The position numbers and the translations under genes are program-made. A stretch of DNA of 63,032 bases, filler included, from Choristocarpus tenellus KU-1152 (lineage: Eukaryota; Protista; Phaeophyceae), in assembly GCA_964200185.2 (NCBI GenBank). It is 11 parts of 11 records of this genome, joined end to end, with 100 filler letters (N's around TTAATTAATTAA, not from the genome) between each part and the next. Parts side by side here need not be neighbours in the genome. Positions count along the whole stretch, not along the records: positions 1 to 8,472 come from CAXNAD020004672.1; positions 8,573 to 12,265 come from CAXNAD020018475.1; positions 12,366 to 16,360 come from CAXNAD020016760.1; 8 more parts are not named here. One strand, given 5' to 3'. This document shows positions 1 through 13,860 of this stretch, in pieces (within the stretch, counting starts at the first letter, position 1; each line of letters opens with the position of its first letter). The notes under the pieces were generated by a model. That model made no database searches and was not told the origin of the DNA. It worked only from the letters and a program-made list of their open reading frames with translations.

Positions 1-172
1 GGGGGGGGGGGGTGTGTGGCGGTTGTCCATTTGGGGTCAATTTTTTCATGTCACGATTTTTGTGTGATTTGGTTGCATACGTCGGATGGATAATGTAAGT
101 GCACTTTTCCTGGTTATGCCCCAAATGGACACCCTGGTGTAGACCCTCCCCTCCTCCCAGATACTTTAGGTC
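1..172. mobile_element. MITE-like non-autonomous DNA transposon (poly-G TIR family), left end cut by contig start
   Basis: Internal inverted motifs TGTCCATTTGGGG ... CCCCAAATGGACA and terminus CCCAGATACTTTAGGTC. The same ~150-190 bp sequence recurs in reverse orientation at 31070, 38361 and 41110. Confidence 0.75.
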
Positions 173-688
173 AGACCTCTGCTGGGTTACCAGGGATCTC
201 TTTTGTTGGAAGGAGGTTTGTAGATATCGTTGTCGAAAGTTTCTTTGCATGGCGTGACAGGAAGGCATAGTTGAAGCACCACCAATGTCTGTTGTTCATA
301 TTGTTGTACATAGCGAGCAAAGCGCATAAGAACAGAAGATAGATAAATGTACAACATTTAGGTGTAGTACTGGAAAAGACCTCCCAAAGCAACGTCCCAT
401 TCAGCCAGGCAGTCAACCACCCAGTCATCCAGTCACCCAACAATCAAGTAACCCAGAAACACAGATACCCAATCAGTCAACCAAATTAGTCGCTAGTCAT
501 ATACCAACCCAAACCCCAATCCTAAGTCCAACCCTACCCAATTATTACCAAACCCCAACTCCAACCCACATCCTTGTTCAAAAGAAAACAGTAGTAGTGT
601 TAATAGTCAACATCAGGACTGGGGACAACACCCCGGCAGTCAACACCTACAGACCCAGCTTCAAGCTGATAGAGAGGGACTCTAAATC

Positions 689-3600
689 ATGTCTCTTGCA
701 TTTCTTTTCAAAAAGACATGGCATACTTCCACTCTTCAGAACCAGGAAAAGGTATGGATAGCCGAGCAAAAGGACGCCGCCGAAAAGCAACGCATCGCAG
801 AGCTCACCAAGCAGGTTGAGGAGGAACGCCAGGTCCGCGAGCTGGAGGAGATGCAGGTGAAGCGCTCTACTAAATCCAAAGAGGAGAGACACGAAGAATT
901 TTTGGGATGATCGACAGTCATCCCCAGGCCCAGCTTGTATATCGGCGGAATTACTTGTCCACAAAAGTAGGAAGACAGTGACTAAGCATTTCCAATCGTG
1001 GAGACCAACATGAGAAGAGAATGTATGAAAGGAGGAATCAGATACCCCACTCCCCTTGGCTTAAAAAATTGAGGGCCAAGTGACTTCTAATGTCAAATAG
1101 ACCTACAAGTAACATCTCTTTTTCAACTACACACTTCACCATAGGCTGCTGGAGGGCACGCGGCGGAACGCAAGGAGCGCATTGACTGGATGTACGAAGG
1201 GCCCATGCAGTCATCTCAGGATCGACAGGCGGAGGCCAACGAGTATCTCCTCGGAAAGGAGGTACGAAACACTCCTAGGATATATGATATCCTGTGCGCT
1301 CTATTTTCTTTTGGTGGTGGCAGGCACTCCGTAAGAGACTCCACTCGAAAATGATTAACTATTTGAGAAAATTAGGACAAGCGGTCCCAATGCTTGCTTG
1401 GCGTAATGCGCTAATGTCCACTGCTTCACGGTTGTCATGATGGTTGAGACATGCAAATTTCACTTTTATGATTTCCTTCACTAACCCCCCTCCAATATCC
1501 ATGCCGTGGCGCAGTTCAAGCTCGAAGACAAGGGTGCAAGTGAAATCAAGAAATTGGAGGAAACTCAGGCACCAGGCACGTTGTTCACGGCAGTTTCACA
1601 GACAACATCTGCCAATGAGGCTTTCCGGCGGGTTCAGGAAGATCCTTTGTTGAAGATGAGGTATGTCAGAGATTTGACGTGTTGGATCTGAATATGGATA
1701 TTTAATGGACATATGAAAAGTCATCACAATTGTGGCTTTAGGGTACCCTATACCATGAGGTTAATTCGATACTCAGATGGCGATGGACAGGGTTGGAGTT
1801 TGTAATGAGCAGGGAAGCCAATTATTGTACTGTGCCTATTTACACTGTGTGGTACTACACAACAAAAACAACATGACTCATCTTCATGGTGTGACATATT
1901 TTGGTGATAGTGCAAAACATTTTCTCAACTACATATGACCTGTGCTCGATTTGCGGTGGGATTTGTAAGCGCGAAGAAATATTCATGGATAGTTCAACCT
2001 TTTTTTTTTGTGATCAAGAGTTACACTCAAAATACCATGCTCGGTAAACATGTATGCAGTCATTATTTGGAGCTGAATGATGCAGAGTGCTGGAAGGAAA
2101 GATCAAGTGGCTGAGCTACCTGACGAAGGCAGCGCTTGCCAATAGCTCCCATTCAAGAAAATGACATTGAATGCTTTTCTTTTCCAAAGTGCATTCCACT
2201 CGCCCTAAATGTCGCATCATTTATAGACAGTATTGTGGGAACATTTGAATGGTCCTAAAAAAAAAACTTAATGGACACACCGATTTGGTGTGAATTGTTT
2301 GTCTTCTTTTTTGTCTCGGTGTGGATTGTGTCAACCACAATTTGCAGCTCTTTGAGATAATTGCGAGGATTTTGTGTTGCCAACTCTGTGGCTCTGTGAT
2401 ATAACCTGCTGTTTCAAGGTGCATTTTTGGGGCACTTCTACTGCACTTCTGCAGCATAGTTTTTTTTCTGTGATTTGGGTCCCTAACTTTCCAGGTTATT
2501 TCATTTGGTGCCCATCCTGTGGATTGAATTGCAACTATCGAACTCTTCCCTACCTTTGTATGATTTTGTGAAGCACACACCAACCACTGCACTAAAACAT
2601 CCAAGTTTCCCCCAGAGTTGCTTTTCCTGTCCACACTTTGTTGGTATAACAAAGAGATTCCCAACTTACCTAATGCTATCCTGCATTTTTTTTGGTCGAT
2701 GTTGGAAACACTGGAAGGCGTGCCAAGATTGAGGCTCAGAATAGTGTGGTGAACAACCCTGTGAAGATGAGTCGTATTCGTCACCAGCTGGAGGCAGAGC
2801 TGGCCGAGAGAGCAGAGCAAAAGCGAGCAAGGAAGGAGGCCAAGAAAGCGAAGAAGGGAGAGAGAAAGGTTTGTGCCCCGCATGGAGGAACTTTGGAGGG
2901 TTATATATATCCCTTTGCTTGCATCACCTTGGTCATTATTGTGGGATGTTGCTTATGGGGTTACTGTTGTGACCTCTAGTGCAAAACTTTGCATTTTCTT
3001 GAATTCTGTCGACATCTTGGTGACCTGTAAACAATTTTTTTTTGGAGAGTACGATACTATTATGATCTGCAGTGATAGGATCTTTCCTGCTGTGTGTTTG
3101 GGTTCCTTTGCCTGATATGCCAGATGTCCTGTCTAAGCCCTCTGCTGCCTTTGTTTGTGCCTTTTGATGTTTGAACTGCCTGTTTGGCCTGTGTTTTAAT
3201 ACCAGCAAGAAAAGAAGGAGAAAAAAAAAGAACGGAAAAAGAGCTACAGGACCAACAACATGGACAAGAGGGATGAAAGAGATGAAATGGACGAGAGAGG
3301 GAGGAGATTTCACACAAAGGGGAGTAGTGAAGTCAAGGACAGAAGGATATGTGGTGAGAGACAAAACCACCGTAGGGATAGGGATAATAATGTCCCACAA
3401 GGTGTTAGGGACAGAACGAGGACAGAACAAGAGGAATCCAGGGATGGCAGGGACACAACTTCGACCAGAAAGAGGCATAGAAGTCAGGAGAGAGAGAGGG
3501 GATCACATAGAGATAGACATAGTGGGAGGGATTTGGATAGACATGAGCGTGAGCACAGGAACAGAGACACTAGGGATGCAACAATAGGTGGGAGGAAGAG

Positions 3601-4635
3601 GAGCCGGGAATGTGACAGGGGTGAGGTGAATGGGAAACAAAGAGTGCAGGATAGGCAGAACCTAGAGGGTTATGTCCATGAAATCACCAGAGGTATAGCA
3701 AGCACAGAGGAGGGTATTAGAGGTGAGAAGCACCCACATGGTTCAAGTAGTGACCCTGAACTCAAGAGGTCGGGTAAGTATGGTCTTATTTCAGGGGCGA
3801 AGGTCTCGAGGGGAGGGGATCTTGGGCCTGCAGCAGCATTGTTGGCAGGGAAGGAAAGGGAGAGGGAGGCGAGGGAGAGGGAGAGGGCAGAAGCACGGCG
3901 GAGAAGAGTAATGACAACTGAAGAGAGGGAGATGAGATTGGCACAAATGGAGAGTGATGGTATGCGCAACCAGGTATGTTCTCATGGGTTAGTGTTTTCA
4001 TGGGAAGGTGGACCTTGCATTAGTATCTCAACTGCTCAACCAGAGCTGTATCCTTACCATCATTGCATGTATGTTTTATGTGCTTTGTGCCCATCCTGTG
4101 AGTGTACAATTGAGGCAGCATTGCTGGGCTGTACTGACTGGCCAGGTTAGAACCAAGGAATCAATACAACTTGTCCCTGTATTGTATGTGAATGACAGTC
4201 CAGGAACGCATTGTTGGCCATATTGTTTGTTGCAGCTGTGCTGACTGTGGATATTTAAAGTTTAGGATCATTTTGCTGTTAGACGACCCTAAAAAGAGCC
4301 ACTCCTTATTTGACTGATGACTGACGGCTCTGCCTCCCTCTTTTACGTGTTTGCATGTGTCCCATTGGTGTCTTAAAATTAATGTATTGATGTCATCATT
4401 GTTATCATTGATCCTCTCCCAGGAGCTGAAGAAGCAGCGCCTGGAGCATGGCCAACAGGTAGACATGCACTTGAAGGCAACAGATAGAGCAGGTACCCAA
4501 GGGAAATCTGCAGCCTTCATCAAGGATATGCGGCATGAAGCAATGGGGGAGATGGGGCTAGAGGAGCGCATGCAGCGTAACCGCCATTACCAGCAACGTG
4601 GGGCAGATGTACACAATTTTATGAGCAGAGGCTGA
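689..4635 (+). CDS. CWC25: Pre-mRNA splicing factor CWC25, complete, 6 exons
   Basis: Exons 689-856, 1145-1261, 1515-1660, 2718-2868, 3206-3973, 4423-4635, all GT-AG and phase-compatible. Family motifs: N-terminal KKTWH...NQEKVWIAEQK, IDWMY, EYLLGK, EDPLL, NNPVKM, an R/D/E-rich middle and C-terminal LEERMQRNRHYQQR...NF. Confidence 0.93.
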
Positions 4636-5448
4636 TGTCATCTGGGCTCAGATATGAAGAGGGGAAAGGCTGTAACATGACCACCTTTGGTTCAGTTGGA
4701 TACGCTAGATTCAGGAGGTTATCTGACCTGGTAGGCATGCAAGATTGCATTTTGGGGATAAACTATCACTAGTAAGAAGACTTAGTCTGATAATCAGAGT
4801 CTGCAGCCCAATACACCACAGAATAGTTCCTTTTTTTTGCTTAGAACTATCCTTTTTTTCCGTGTATTTTGATTGGACAGGTCGACAAAGATGTGTCAAG
4901 ATCCCACTTGTGAGACCCTAGGTGTTTCACTGTCAAGTTTTTGCCTAACTTTTCCTGCCTTGCCCGTATATCAAACCATTGATATCAGTAGACTAGATTA
5001 TTAATGTTGGAAAATGACTTTGAAGGGGTACGTATTGGAAGGTTCATGGTTTTTCTTGTATGTGTGGAGGCACTACTACAAATAGCAAGTAAGGCATTCA
5101 GCCATGCCCTACCATCCCCTTAGTCAGCTTTTGAAATATTGGCAGGGCCGAACCACTTACCACATACAGGATAAATGTGTTGATTGTTTTAGAGGGGATT
5201 ATAATGTCACTGAAACAGTGTTTGATTATGTCCATCACATTGTACTGCTTCAAGACACTATTAGCCCCAGAGGTAGAGATATTTCTTTCATAGGGAAATT
5301 GCCATTGTATGTATGGTCGCTTTTATGGACATTCTTCTACTTTAGGCTGTACCCACCTACTTTATGTGTTATTGAGGTGATTGGTGATGCTTCTGTCACT
5401 GTGCATCCTGCAGGCAATGACTTTGTTTTCGTGGTTGAAATGTTTCCG

Positions 5449-5586
5449 AGTTTGCCATGAGGTGAAGTTTGTCATGAGGTGAAGTTTGTCATGAGGTGAA
5501 GTTTGTCATGAGGTGAAGTTTGTCATGAGGTGAAGTTTGCCATGAGGTGAAGTTTGTCATGAGGTAAAGTTTGTCATGAGGTGAAC
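5449..5586. repeat. 17-bp minisatellite (CATGAGGTGAAGTTTGT), about 8 copies
   Basis: Direct tandem repeat visible in sequence. Confidence 0.95.
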
Positions 5587-7859
5587 ATAATCGAAGCTAA
5601 CACAAGGTTCTTCAAGGGAATGAAGCTCCGACATGCATATGAAGTCAAACACACACAGGAAATATCGCACAATCAAGCGTAGGTAATTCTAGGGTTGTAC
5701 TTCCCTCCTCCAATACATGATCAGCACTTAGAAGTACTGCATAGCACTAAAGAAAAAAATAATCCTAGTTCAAGATGAAAAATAATGTTTGATGTACCAC
5801 CTAATGCTAATATGCAGTGAGAAGAGGAGAGGCGCCAATTTTTTTCTGTCGACCTCTCAAGTTTTGAATCCACCCATTGTGCTCTGGTCTCTTCAACCAC
5901 CATGCTTGTAATGTAGGAGTAGTTATCTCGGTCATGGTACATCCCTCCAAGACTCCTCTAAATTGTGTACTCTGACACATGAGTTTTGAGGAGATTAGCC
6001 TACTTCAGAGTATCAGTCAACTATTATTCTATAAAAGTACTACAGATCCCAAGATGTCCTTGAGTTAAAGGAGGTTGGTGTGTTTATTAAAGAAAAATAG
6101 TCTGCCACACTAGCCCTTCGAGGCTATGAATGGGGTACAGTAGTTTGATCCAGTGTGTATCGTGAAATTAGAAAAAGAGTTATTTCCTGTAGAAAGAAGG
6201 TAAGAGGGTGTGTTGTTGTTGGCCACCAGGAAAGTTACTTCAGTCGATATTTCCTGAAAACCTGCCAATTTGGACTGAACTGCATGTTGGGGAGTTAGTG
6301 GTTTTGTATAACGCCAAAATTTATACCACTGCCAGTGTAACCTTAACCCATCATACGGAGTCAAAGTGAACAAGAGGTAGCCAGGTTTTGACCGTTTTGC
6401 ATTTTAAGCTGCTTTCTAATTCACCCTTATTTCTAGGATGAAGTGCTAAGATTGAGCCAAAGTAAACGAGAGGCACCCAGGGTTGCATTTTAAGGATGCT
6501 GAGAATTGTTTGCAATATTTGACTTTTTATACAAATTTGTAAACAAAATTTTCGTAATTGTCAAAAACTACATGAGAAATCAACCCTCTCCAGTCAATCT
6601 TAGCTCTTCAAACATTCTGAAGGAGTGACGCTCAAGTGTTGAGTAATACCATCTAAGAGAGAGGTGTCTTTGAGTTTGAAGGACCCCTATGACTACCGTG
6701 TGGTACATGGACACGTGTTTTTAGCACACTACATGTGGAGGACAAGTTCGGCTAGAAACTTGTTCTCGTCTAATCTTCTTCTTCGGACTCACCATCCTTT
6801 GGCGAGTTAACTGCATTTGTTGCATGGACATGGTGTATATTACACAAGGGTAAAAAAAAACATTATGGTTGTTGCAAAGTGAGACACATGAATACCTTTC
6901 AGGATGATTGATTATCGCTCACGCAATAATAGTCTCCAGTTTGTAGTATTATGAAGTAGTCTTCAAGACTCCTTCCAAATTCAAAGCTAGTACTAAATTG
7001 GACAAATCGCGCGATTCGGATTCGTGCCATTCATTGAGTGCGCGACAATAACAAAAACTGGCTCTATTTAGGGTCCAGTATCATCCACCTCTAAATATGA
7101 GCAATATTTTCTGATTTACAGATTTGGGGCGTTTCACACAAAAAAACATGATGTGATGGGATTTAGAACGATGGAAGATACCTTTAGCCGTCCCGCCTTG
7201 GTCCGGGGAAGAGAAAATCTGTTGCAAAGAGGTGCGACGTGAAGATTGAGAGAAGGTACGGGATGACCACCCTGAGACCCCCACCCATTTCCCCGTTGTC
7301 ATAGTCCTCGTCAGTGAAATGGTTGCCATAGGCCTTGTACAGGCATGTCGCTGGTCTGTGTGTTGTAGCAGCAGGGAAAATTGTTACCAGAGCAAACAAT
7401 AAGGTATAGGTCCAAACATCCCCTTACGCCCGTCGTTGATCACCCCTGAACTTCTTCGAAATCTGGGAGAAAAAGGAGATTATATATATTACCACTACAT
7501 CCTGCCAAGACTGTTCTATGACGCACTAGCTGTGAAAAGTGAAAAGGTTTCTCACCCCCCCACCCTCCCTCCGCTTGTGCCGCCTTGGGATGCTATGCCC
7601 GACCGACTATCCTCTAGACAGGTTCAGCTCAACATGTGTGAGCTCGTCCTGCTTCTTCTCTTGGGAACAATGTTACTCACATTGGTAGGAGCCTGCATGG
7701 TGAGGGTCCCATCTAGTCGGGTTTCTGTGCTAACTTGCTCGTCTTGCAAAACGTCAAGGGAGTAAAAACACGAGAAGAGTTCCAGAATTTTTTTTCCGTC
7801 GGTGCTTGACTGGTACGAACTGTTTCAGTTCGGACAGGTGTCACCACTCGTCAACGCAT

Positions 7860-8150
7860 CATCTTCTTCTTCTCTAATCCTTGTGCCATTCCCAGCGATT
7901 TATCAACCCGTTAAGTGATGTCTGGTGTCGACCAAGGAGCTGAACCTCTCTTGCGCTGAGTGCTCCACTTTGTAGCATGTCCAACTATAACGCAGAGGGG
8001 AGATGCTGATAGAATTCTTCTTGAGGTTAGCATCCTCCATCACCTCAAGGATTCTTTGCATCAGCCTTGGAAGTCTTCTGTAACAAGGCTGGGTGCTGCC
8101 ATCATTACAAGAGGCCAAATATGGAGCTCTCCGGAGAACTGGAGGACACA
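7860..8150 (-). mobile_element. Possible decayed LTR-retrotransposon gag fragment
   Basis: Minus frame SWTCYKVEHSAQER resembles a mutated CCHC zinc knuckle, followed by stops and an acidic stretch. Weak. Confidence 0.25.
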
Positions 8151-8472
8151 CAGCACACGTGGGTACTATACCCTAAAACAACTCCACCTCTCACCCTTAG
8201 TCTCGCACCAACATTACAGTATGAGCAGACGTGAATGCAACCCCAAATATGGGTGACATAACTGCACTTCCACCCTCGCCTCTACCGCCAGACCTTATGC
8301 TAGTTCCAATATGTCCATCACCTATCGGATGTAGCAAGCTGCACGAGGGTTGACAGGGAAGTGTTTACAGATATGAAGGAATAAGGAGGATCAATGCTCC
8401 ATCCCCATCCCCACCCACCCCACTCTCATTCAATAAAACTTTATTCTATACCCGTCCACTGCCCCTTATCCC

Positions 8473-8572
8473 NNNNNNNNNNNNNNNNNNNNNNNNNNNN
8501 NNNNNNNNNNNNNNNNTTAATTAATTAANNNNNNNNNNNNNNNNNNNNNNNNNNNNNNNNNNNNNNNNNNNN
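8473..8572. other. Artificial contig spacer (N44-TTAATTAATTAA-N44)
   Basis: Identical 100-bp spacers also at 12266-12365, 16361-16460, 20171-20270, 27993-28092, 30907-31006, 38210-38309, 40948-41047, 49477-49576 and 59209-59308. Confidence 0.99.
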
Positions 8573-8984
8573 CACCCCCACCCCCACCCCCACCCCCCAT
8601 ATTTCTCTTCCTATACCTAAGTTAAGCAGACCACCTACACAAGGATAATCTCACTTCAGATGATTCAGTTGAGAACCATCACTATTACTGGTTCAATCAA
8701 CAAAGTTGCACCCTTCACACTCACAACATTACATAATATAACCAGCAGCCCATTCAAACATCCTTCAATTTACTCACTCTTCCACAGGAATCGCCACCTG
8801 CTGGCACCATTACTATCCCTATCCTTTTCCCCTACATGCATCAAAAACACACATGTAAAAAACAACACCATAAGCACGCACACACACGCACACACTTTAG
8901 ATTCACCGGTATAAATAACCTTCCCTTAGGGTTAGGGTTAGGGTTATACATGCACACACATCACAGGTGTACCCTATCTCTCAC

Positions 8985-11700
8985 CTTATGAGACCTACCA
9001 TGGGAAGCACCAGCCGGAGTGGGGGGGGCGAAGGCTTGAGCACACTCCTTCACCACCTTCAACAAAAATAACAAACATACACCACAACAATTGCTTCAAA
9101 ATTGGCAGCACAATAGACCCTCTCACATGCAACATCCACATTCTGTCATGCATTGACTGATTGATTGATAATCACACATCACCAGAGTCATGGGGTCACA
9201 CCTTGTACAATGGACAGTAAGACACAGGTAACACTAGCACCAATAAGTGAAATACTAATCCTAATACCAACAGCAACTAACATAATAACCCTACTCCAGA
9301 CCCTATTCCAAAACCAAAGTTGAGCAGGCAACATCACTTCCAAGAGTAATAATAGTTTGCACCAAGTGTCAAAAACACTCCAGAAATAAAATAATCCAAG
9401 CCAACTTTTTTTTTTTAATGAGAACAAAGCACTGTAACAATATCAATATTCACAAATTCATGTGGGGGGTGGATGGGGGGNNNNNNNNAAAAAAAAAAAA
9501 AACAAAAAAAAACCACACCAACCAACACAGGGAGAGAGGGGGGGGGGGGGGGGGGGGATAGGTTTTAGCGAAGTTATAGAGTGACTAATGAAGAGTGGGA
9601 TATCACATAGACATTGTGCCATGGATATATCCCTCCTGGAACACCTGAGGGTTCAGAGGCTACCACTATTTCCAATCCTATTGAGACAAGCAACAGGCAC
9701 GCCACCCAACTGCTCACATTGGACACAAGTGACAGGTAACAGGAAACCATGTTAACTCACCTTCTCCTGGCTAGACTTCAATGTTTCGACAAACGCCTCT
9801 GGGATACGATCCATGTTTTTCTCAACCCATCCATCCACAGTGTATTTCACCTTGCCCGCATAGTGCTTCACCCAGAAGTTCTCACGCTAGGGTTAGGGAT
9901 GTTGGGCCAGGAGGTGAGGAGTTAACGATTGTGAAGGTACTGACATGAGGAAGGATAGGGTTAGTAGGTCACAGAGGTTGCAAAGAGCATTGAGCATTAC
10001 AGGATTCGGCTTAGGATTACAGAAATTAAAAAAATACCTCATAGGGTTAGGGTTTGAACCTAGTATACGTGTGTGAGCACACCATACCATAACACCACAA
10101 TAGCATAACCATTACATGAAACACATAAGTACATAACAGCAAGACAGACAGACAGACAGACACACACACACACACTGTAGAGGAAGGGCAACATCACGTA
10201 TGGACTAAATCATCAAGGGATGACAAAAACATGAAAAATATTTGCACACAGGCGAAAGCGTACAGAGGTCATCATATTGGCTGAAAAGGGATAGGGGCTG
10301 GCAAGTTATGCCATGTAACACATTGTGATTCTAATTGTGCTACAATAAGTAGGGTTAGGGTTGGGTCTGTTTCTAGCAACGAAGTTTCAAGTCCAAATTT
10401 TTAGATTCTTCCAATATCTCAAAGGAAAAAAATAGGAACGGACCTTGAGTAATTGGAAAAGTTAATGTTGGAGAAAAATATATATATATTATGGATACAC
10501 CCCTTGGTGCATTCCAAGGACCAGCAACTTACTCCACATGGATCGTATCCCAGAGGCCAAACAAACTGTGAATACACAGCTTCAATCAACCAAAATCAAA
10601 TGGTGTTCCTTTAGACAGGATATTGTATCCAGTTTCCTCCTTAGTCATTGTCTCTTACATTAAAAATATTCACAGGTCAGGATTACCAGACCTTACTGAG
10701 CTACAACATACTTCATCAGTGAACACACCACAACCCTCAGTCAACCTACTTCAAGACACACAGCAGAAACACAATAATCAAAGAGGGATAAGCAGACAGG
10801 GCCAATCTGTGCAAGGATACCAGGGGGAGAGCATTACCACATCCTTCCGGGCAGTGGCAGGGAAGTCCGGGTGCCGAGTGTACTCCTTGTGTATCAGAGC
10901 TGTATACCTGAGGTCTGTAGGGTTAGGCTCGCTGCAAACATTGTCCAGCCTGAAAATAAAAGCCAACAAAGAAGAGGGTAGGCACATGGTACTTCAGCCA
11001 CCCATGTAAAATTCACGTCTTGATAGGTATACCTTATTAATATTGGAAGTACCCCCCAATTTGAAGAGCAGGTATAGTATGTGTACTTATTTACAGACCT
11101 AGTGTGGGTGGAAACAGAGAAGCCCTCACCAAGTCAAGAGGTTGACAGATGGCACAATGGGATCGATACTTATCACACCATTAACTTTTTTTAGTGATTT
11201 TAACTATATGGTCAAAACCATTTCAAATATGGTCAAAAATTAGAGCCAGAGATGAACAACACATGTGAGTACCTTATGTTATATTATAATATTTGATCTC
11301 TTTGGCGGTTGGCAAACCATCATTGCTACAGCTCGAGCTTGTCAATTATTGCACAAATTACAATATAAATACATCAGGAACACAAAGTATAGCAAAAACA
11401 ATACTTGATTTGGACAATGCCCCACTGGAACCCCAATCCATCGAGAAACATCTAAACAGCGTTTCTGCATACCCTGCAATTAATTAATCCACTTCAACTC
11501 TTCAGAGACATAAGCGATGAGGACAATGCTCATGAGCAAGAAGCAATTAAAATCACAAACAGATTAAACCGTGCTCACGATGGGATGATACCCTTGGGCT
11601 TGGCAGAGAGCATCAACAGACACTCTGCATTGTCAGGGCAGGATGACACAACCACTTCAATGCCCTCCTCCTCATATAGCTGCAGCTCATTGTTAAACAC
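8985..11700 (-). CDS. Myosin heavy chain, motor domain (partial, 4 internal exons)
   Basis: Exons 11700-11579, 10949-10838, 9886-9761, 9056-8985 with GT-AG and matching phases. They give VFNNELQLYEEEGI..CPDNAECL..KPKGIIPSLDNVC.EP.PTD..FWVKHYAGKVKYTVDGWVEKNMD..LKSS, i.e. the myosin relay helix, GI..LD and HYAG.V.Y/EKN.D motifs. Confidence 0.92.
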
Positions 11701-12761
11701 CTGAAAAGGGGCATTGAAAGCAAAACAGTTGGAAACTATCACTTCCAATACCTCGACTAGTTGAAGCACTCAGTGATGACCATGACAAACAACCATTGAC
11801 AGTGCCTCACTCACTACACAACACTATACCTGAAAAGAGAGAGAGAGAGTACAACACTTCCTTGAAACACCACTGTACTTCAAAAAGATAGTCCTGTGCC
11901 TATTACCACACACATTTTTGTAACCGACAACATACAGTAACACTACAACATACAATTCCTGCACCTAACCATATTCGTACTGTCCAATCAAACCTGTGAC
12001 AAATCAATGCGTATGACAAAACAAAACAAAACAATAGTTCTGAGAATACTAACCGGCTCTATTATTGTCAAAGATTGAACGGTTCAAAGCATGCACAAGG
12101 GTCATCTCGTCCTGACCTTTAGTGAGTACCATGCCCACAGTACACTGAGTCACTATCAAAACACAATCAACAAAACAAAAAACCCACAAATCATTTCTTA
12201 CAGACCCTTCCATTTCTGTTCCACACTCAACAACCCCCCCTCCTCCCCCCCCCCCGGAACAAGAANNNNNNNNNNNNNNNNNNNNNNNNNNNNNNNNNNN
12301 NNNNNNNNNTTAATTAATTAANNNNNNNNNNNNNNNNNNNNNNNNNNNNNNNNNNNNNNNNNNNNCCCCCACCCCCTCGGGTACCGCCGCTGTCCTTCAT
12401 TTTTTTTTTTTTTAATCTTTTTTAATTTTTTTGTTTTGTTTTGTTTTGTTTTGTTTGTTTATTTTAAGTTATCAGGCAGTGAATGAGGGATTATATATAT
12501 ATTTTTCAAGTATTGAAGTCGTCGGGGGTGATGTGTATCCTCACTCCGTCTTAGATCGTTCTGGTTGCTTTAAAAAAATGATGATAATAATAATAATAAG
12601 AAGAAGAAAAAAAGTGGGGGAAAAAGAGGCGTGATTGGTTAATGTTCACATTGTATCATATGGTTAGGGTTAGGGTTATAGATTATTTTTATGCTTGGTA
12701 TTTGGATTTTTGTAGGGTTGGTTTGAAGATTGGGGTAACTTGGGGTTGCTTGCCTGTAGAG

Positions 12762-12944
12762 GGGAGAAATGTTGAGAAGGGAGAGATGTAAGAGGAGAGA
12801 GATGTTGAGAAGGGAGAGATGTAAGAGGGGAGAGATGTTGAGAAGGGAGAGATGTAAGAGGAGAGAGATGTTGAGAAGGGAGAGATGTAAGAGGAGAGAG
12901 ATGTTGAGAAGGGAGAGATGTAAGAGGGGAGAGATGTTGAGAAG
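12762..12944. repeat. 33-bp purine-rich minisatellite (GAGATGTTGAGAAGGGAGAGATGTAAGAGGAGA), about 5.5 copies
   Basis: Tandem repeat; accounts for spurious ORFs 12639-13019 and 12769-12954. Confidence 0.95.
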
Positions 12945-13469
12945 GACCTGTTGATTGTTCTTCGATGTTGAGATGTTGATTGATCTTGACTTCTTTATCT
13001 CTTTCCCTTTGGAAGGCAAGATCTGAGTTAGGGTTGATCGAGACCTTGTGAGGTGTACTTGTGTTGGATGGAAAGGCGTTTGACTGACTGGCTAGTCTTG
13101 GTTTGGTGTTGGCATGATTTGGTGTGTCAGTTGTATGTAGATATTGCTGTGTTTATTTCTTTTAATTTTGTGTGGGTGAGAGGTTCAGAGTAAAAAATAT
13201 GTAGTAGGAAAAAAGTGATTGAAGGGTTAGGGGACATGAAAAAAAACATGTAGAAGAGTAAGTAATGATGTGGTAAACGTCGATCTTGTCACAATAATGC
13301 AAAAGGCGGTATACCTTCTTATGTCCTAGTTCAAAAAACTACTCCATCTGAATCGTGTAGTTGATTTTATTATTATTTCATCCTTAGTTTGAGCAGCTTG
13401 TAGAGGCTAACCGGTTAACTGCCTGAGTCGATGCCGAACACAGGAAGTATTGTTTTTTATTTTTGTACT

Positions 13470-13710
13470 ATCATTACAAATTATTGTTCCATTGTTATTA
13501 TTCTATTATTATAAACATATTGACCCATTGTTACTATTCTATTAGTATACAATTGTCGTTCCATTGTTATTATTCTATTATTATAAACATATTGTTCTAT
13601 TATTACACAAATATTGACCCATTGTTACTATTCTATTAGTATACAATTGTTGTTCCATGGTTATCATTGTATTAGTATGCAATTACTGTTCCATTGTTAT
13701 TGTTTTTTAT
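13470..13710. repeat. Degenerate AT-rich tandem repeat (CCATTGTTATTATTCTATTA core)
   Basis: Core recurs about 6 times with variation. Confidence 0.75.
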
Positions 13711-13860
13711 TGTTTTTTAGGATCATAGCCAGCAAGGTAGGTATGCTATGTGGGGGGTACCAAAGCCAGGTGGTCCACCTGCAACCTAGAAAAGGTGTTA
13801 CGAGTACCGCTTTAGTTCAAATAAAATACGCCTCGTGGGCAATACGAACTCCTTGTGCAG

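Noticed and set aside
2221-4571. Long minus-strand ORFs 2221-2883, 2936-3478, 3670-3969, 4161-4571
   Set aside because: Antisense shadows of CWC25 exons.
4950-7400. Coding-like sequence downstream of CWC25
   Set aside because: Several short interrupted frames with no recognisable motif; probably old transposon or pseudogene debris, so not called.
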